Positions 62,633 through 64,000 of a DNA stretch of 64,000 bases are shown here, one piece after another. A program made the position numbers and the translations under genes. The notes under the pieces are model-generated. The model did no database searches, had not been told where the DNA came from, and saw only the letters and a list, made by a program, of their open reading frames with translations. Source of the DNA: an uncultured Actinomycetota bacterium (lineage in GTDB: Bacteria; Actinomycetota; Actinomycetes; JAHEKZ01); NCBI GenBank assembly GCA_963743915.1, contig CAVURN010000003.1, forward strand, positions 96,001-160,000, written 5' to 3'. The stretch's first letter is position 1; every line of letters begins with the position of its first letter.

Positions 62633-63918
62633 TCAGACCGCGGAGCGGTAGACGTCCAGCACCCGGCGCACCGCCGCACGGAGCACACCGTCAGCGGTCA
62701 GACCGTCAGCGATGCGGGCACCGGGGACCTCGTCGGGCGGCGAGCCACGGAAGGTACTGGCTGACCAGCTCGTCGGGGAGGCCGGTCGACCCCAGGTTGG
62801 TCAGCAGCTCCTCGACGCGCGTCCTGCACCGCCGCGACCGGCCAGTAGTAGCGCGACCGGTCACTGCGCGAGTACTTGCGCGCGTGCGCCGCACGATCCG
62901 GATCGTCGGGGTAGAAGGGCTGCCAGTGGCCGGGATCCTCACGCATCGCGCGGTCGAGCACGTCGCGGACGCCGGACGCGCGCGTCCCCGAGCAGCTCGT
63001 CCTCGACGAACGTCAGGGCGAACAGTGCCTCGCGGTACGCGAAGGTCAGGCCGGGGCCCACCTTGAGGATCGCGAAGTGGTCCTCGACCAGCGCCCGCAG
63101 GGCGGCGCGTGACTGGTAGTCGGTGCTGTGCGCCTCGAAGACCATCGACACATCCGGCGGCAGACAGCTGCGCAGGTGCGCGGCCTGACCGGGCACGTAC
63201 TCGTAGAGCTCGGCGTCGGAGAACTCGACGCCCGGCTGCGCCACCACCGCGCGCACCCGCTGCCATGCGTCCGCCACACCCGGCGGCGCTGAACGCCAGG
63301 CGCGTCACCTCGATCGTCTCCTCGACGTCGTCGACCTTGCTCACGTGGATGCCGTGCTCCCCCGCCGACTCGCCGCCCGGCACCGGGACCTCGGTGCCGA
63401 TGACGTAGCGCGGCTCTGCGCCGCTGTCGGACGCCACCCGCTCGGCCACCACCGCCAGCCGCGCCGCCCGCTCGGCCACCAGCGCCGGTGCCAGCGGCCC
63501 TGGTCGGTCGTCGGCACAGCGCATCGAGGTGTCAAGGTGGATCTTGCGTGAACCCGGTCCGCACGTAGGCCTCGACCAGGTCCTCCGACTTGGCCATCGC
63601 CGTCTCGGCCGACAGGTGCTTCCAGGGGTTCGGGCCGAGGTGGTCACCTCCGAGCACGAGCCGTTCCGCGGGCAGCGCGTACTGCTCGGCCAGCTGCTCG
63701 ACCTCCCTCCGGAAGTCGACCGGCCGCATGCCGGTGTACCCACCGTCCTGGTTCACCTGGTTGCACGTCGCCTCGATCAGCACGACGTGGTCACCGGACG
63801 CGCCGTGCCGCACGGTCTCGTCGAGCACCAGCGGGTGGGCCGAGCACACCGAGGCGACCCCGGGCGTCCCGCCCGTGCGGTGCGCCGTCGCCAGCGCGTC
63901 GAGCACGTGCTCGCTCAC
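62633..63918 (-). CDS. gatZ: GatZ/KbaZ-family tagatose-6-phosphate pathway protein (frameshifted)
   Basis: SVCSAHP, IEATCNQVNQDGGYTGM, GGDHLGPN, KIHLDTSM, GTEVPVPGG, EAHSTDYQ, LKVGPGLTF, YSRSDR. Confidence 0.9.
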
Positions 63919-64000
63919 TCGTCCTCCTCGTCCACCGGCACCGAACGCAGCCAGCCCTCCACCTCGTCCAGCGCGGGCTGCCCGTCGGTGCCGCCCGACC
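63915..64000 (-). CDS. 3' end of a probable PfkB-family sugar kinase (partial)
   Basis: SGGTDGQPALDEVEGWL...*; GTGA overlap with gatZ. Confidence 0.55.
   Translation of the reverse strand, partial: SGGTDGQPALDEVEGWLRSVPVDEEDE

Noticed and set aside
2464-63918. Mass pseudogenisation or programmed frameshifting
   Set aside because: Single-base indels occur in many unrelated genes while catalytic motifs stay intact. Sequencing error is the simplest explanation.

Overview
High-GC actinobacterial chromosomal segment with about 63 CDS. I saw no rRNA, tRNA, CRISPR array or intact mobile element. Many genes are broken by single-base indels, densest at 12.5-20.3 kb, which looks like long-read assembly error rather than decay. 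Main blocks in order: NarL-type two-component system; secreted or metal-motif proteins with DUF4242 and a LuxR-ATPase regulator; a peptide ABC/S9 peptidase/XRE operon; an ArsR-led Rv0081-0087-like energy-converting hydrogenase-related (Ehr) operon whose large subunit lacks the NiFe cysteines; a LiuR-like leucine/acyl-CoA divergon with no carboxylase alpha subunit; a decayed VapBC pair; an MMPL transporter; a Dcu-dipeptidase-APC block; a GcvT-family oxidoreductase; alkB with a LexA box; a TetR/Tat amidohydrolase pair; a NERD-helicase; and gatZ/kbaZ. The most striking item is a SAM-IV-type riboswitch (39726-39836) directly upstream of a small acidic protein of unknown function. Also seen: an unannotated 30-aa leaderless membrane peptide and two families of intergenic repeats. 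All family assignments are from motif recognition, not database searches.
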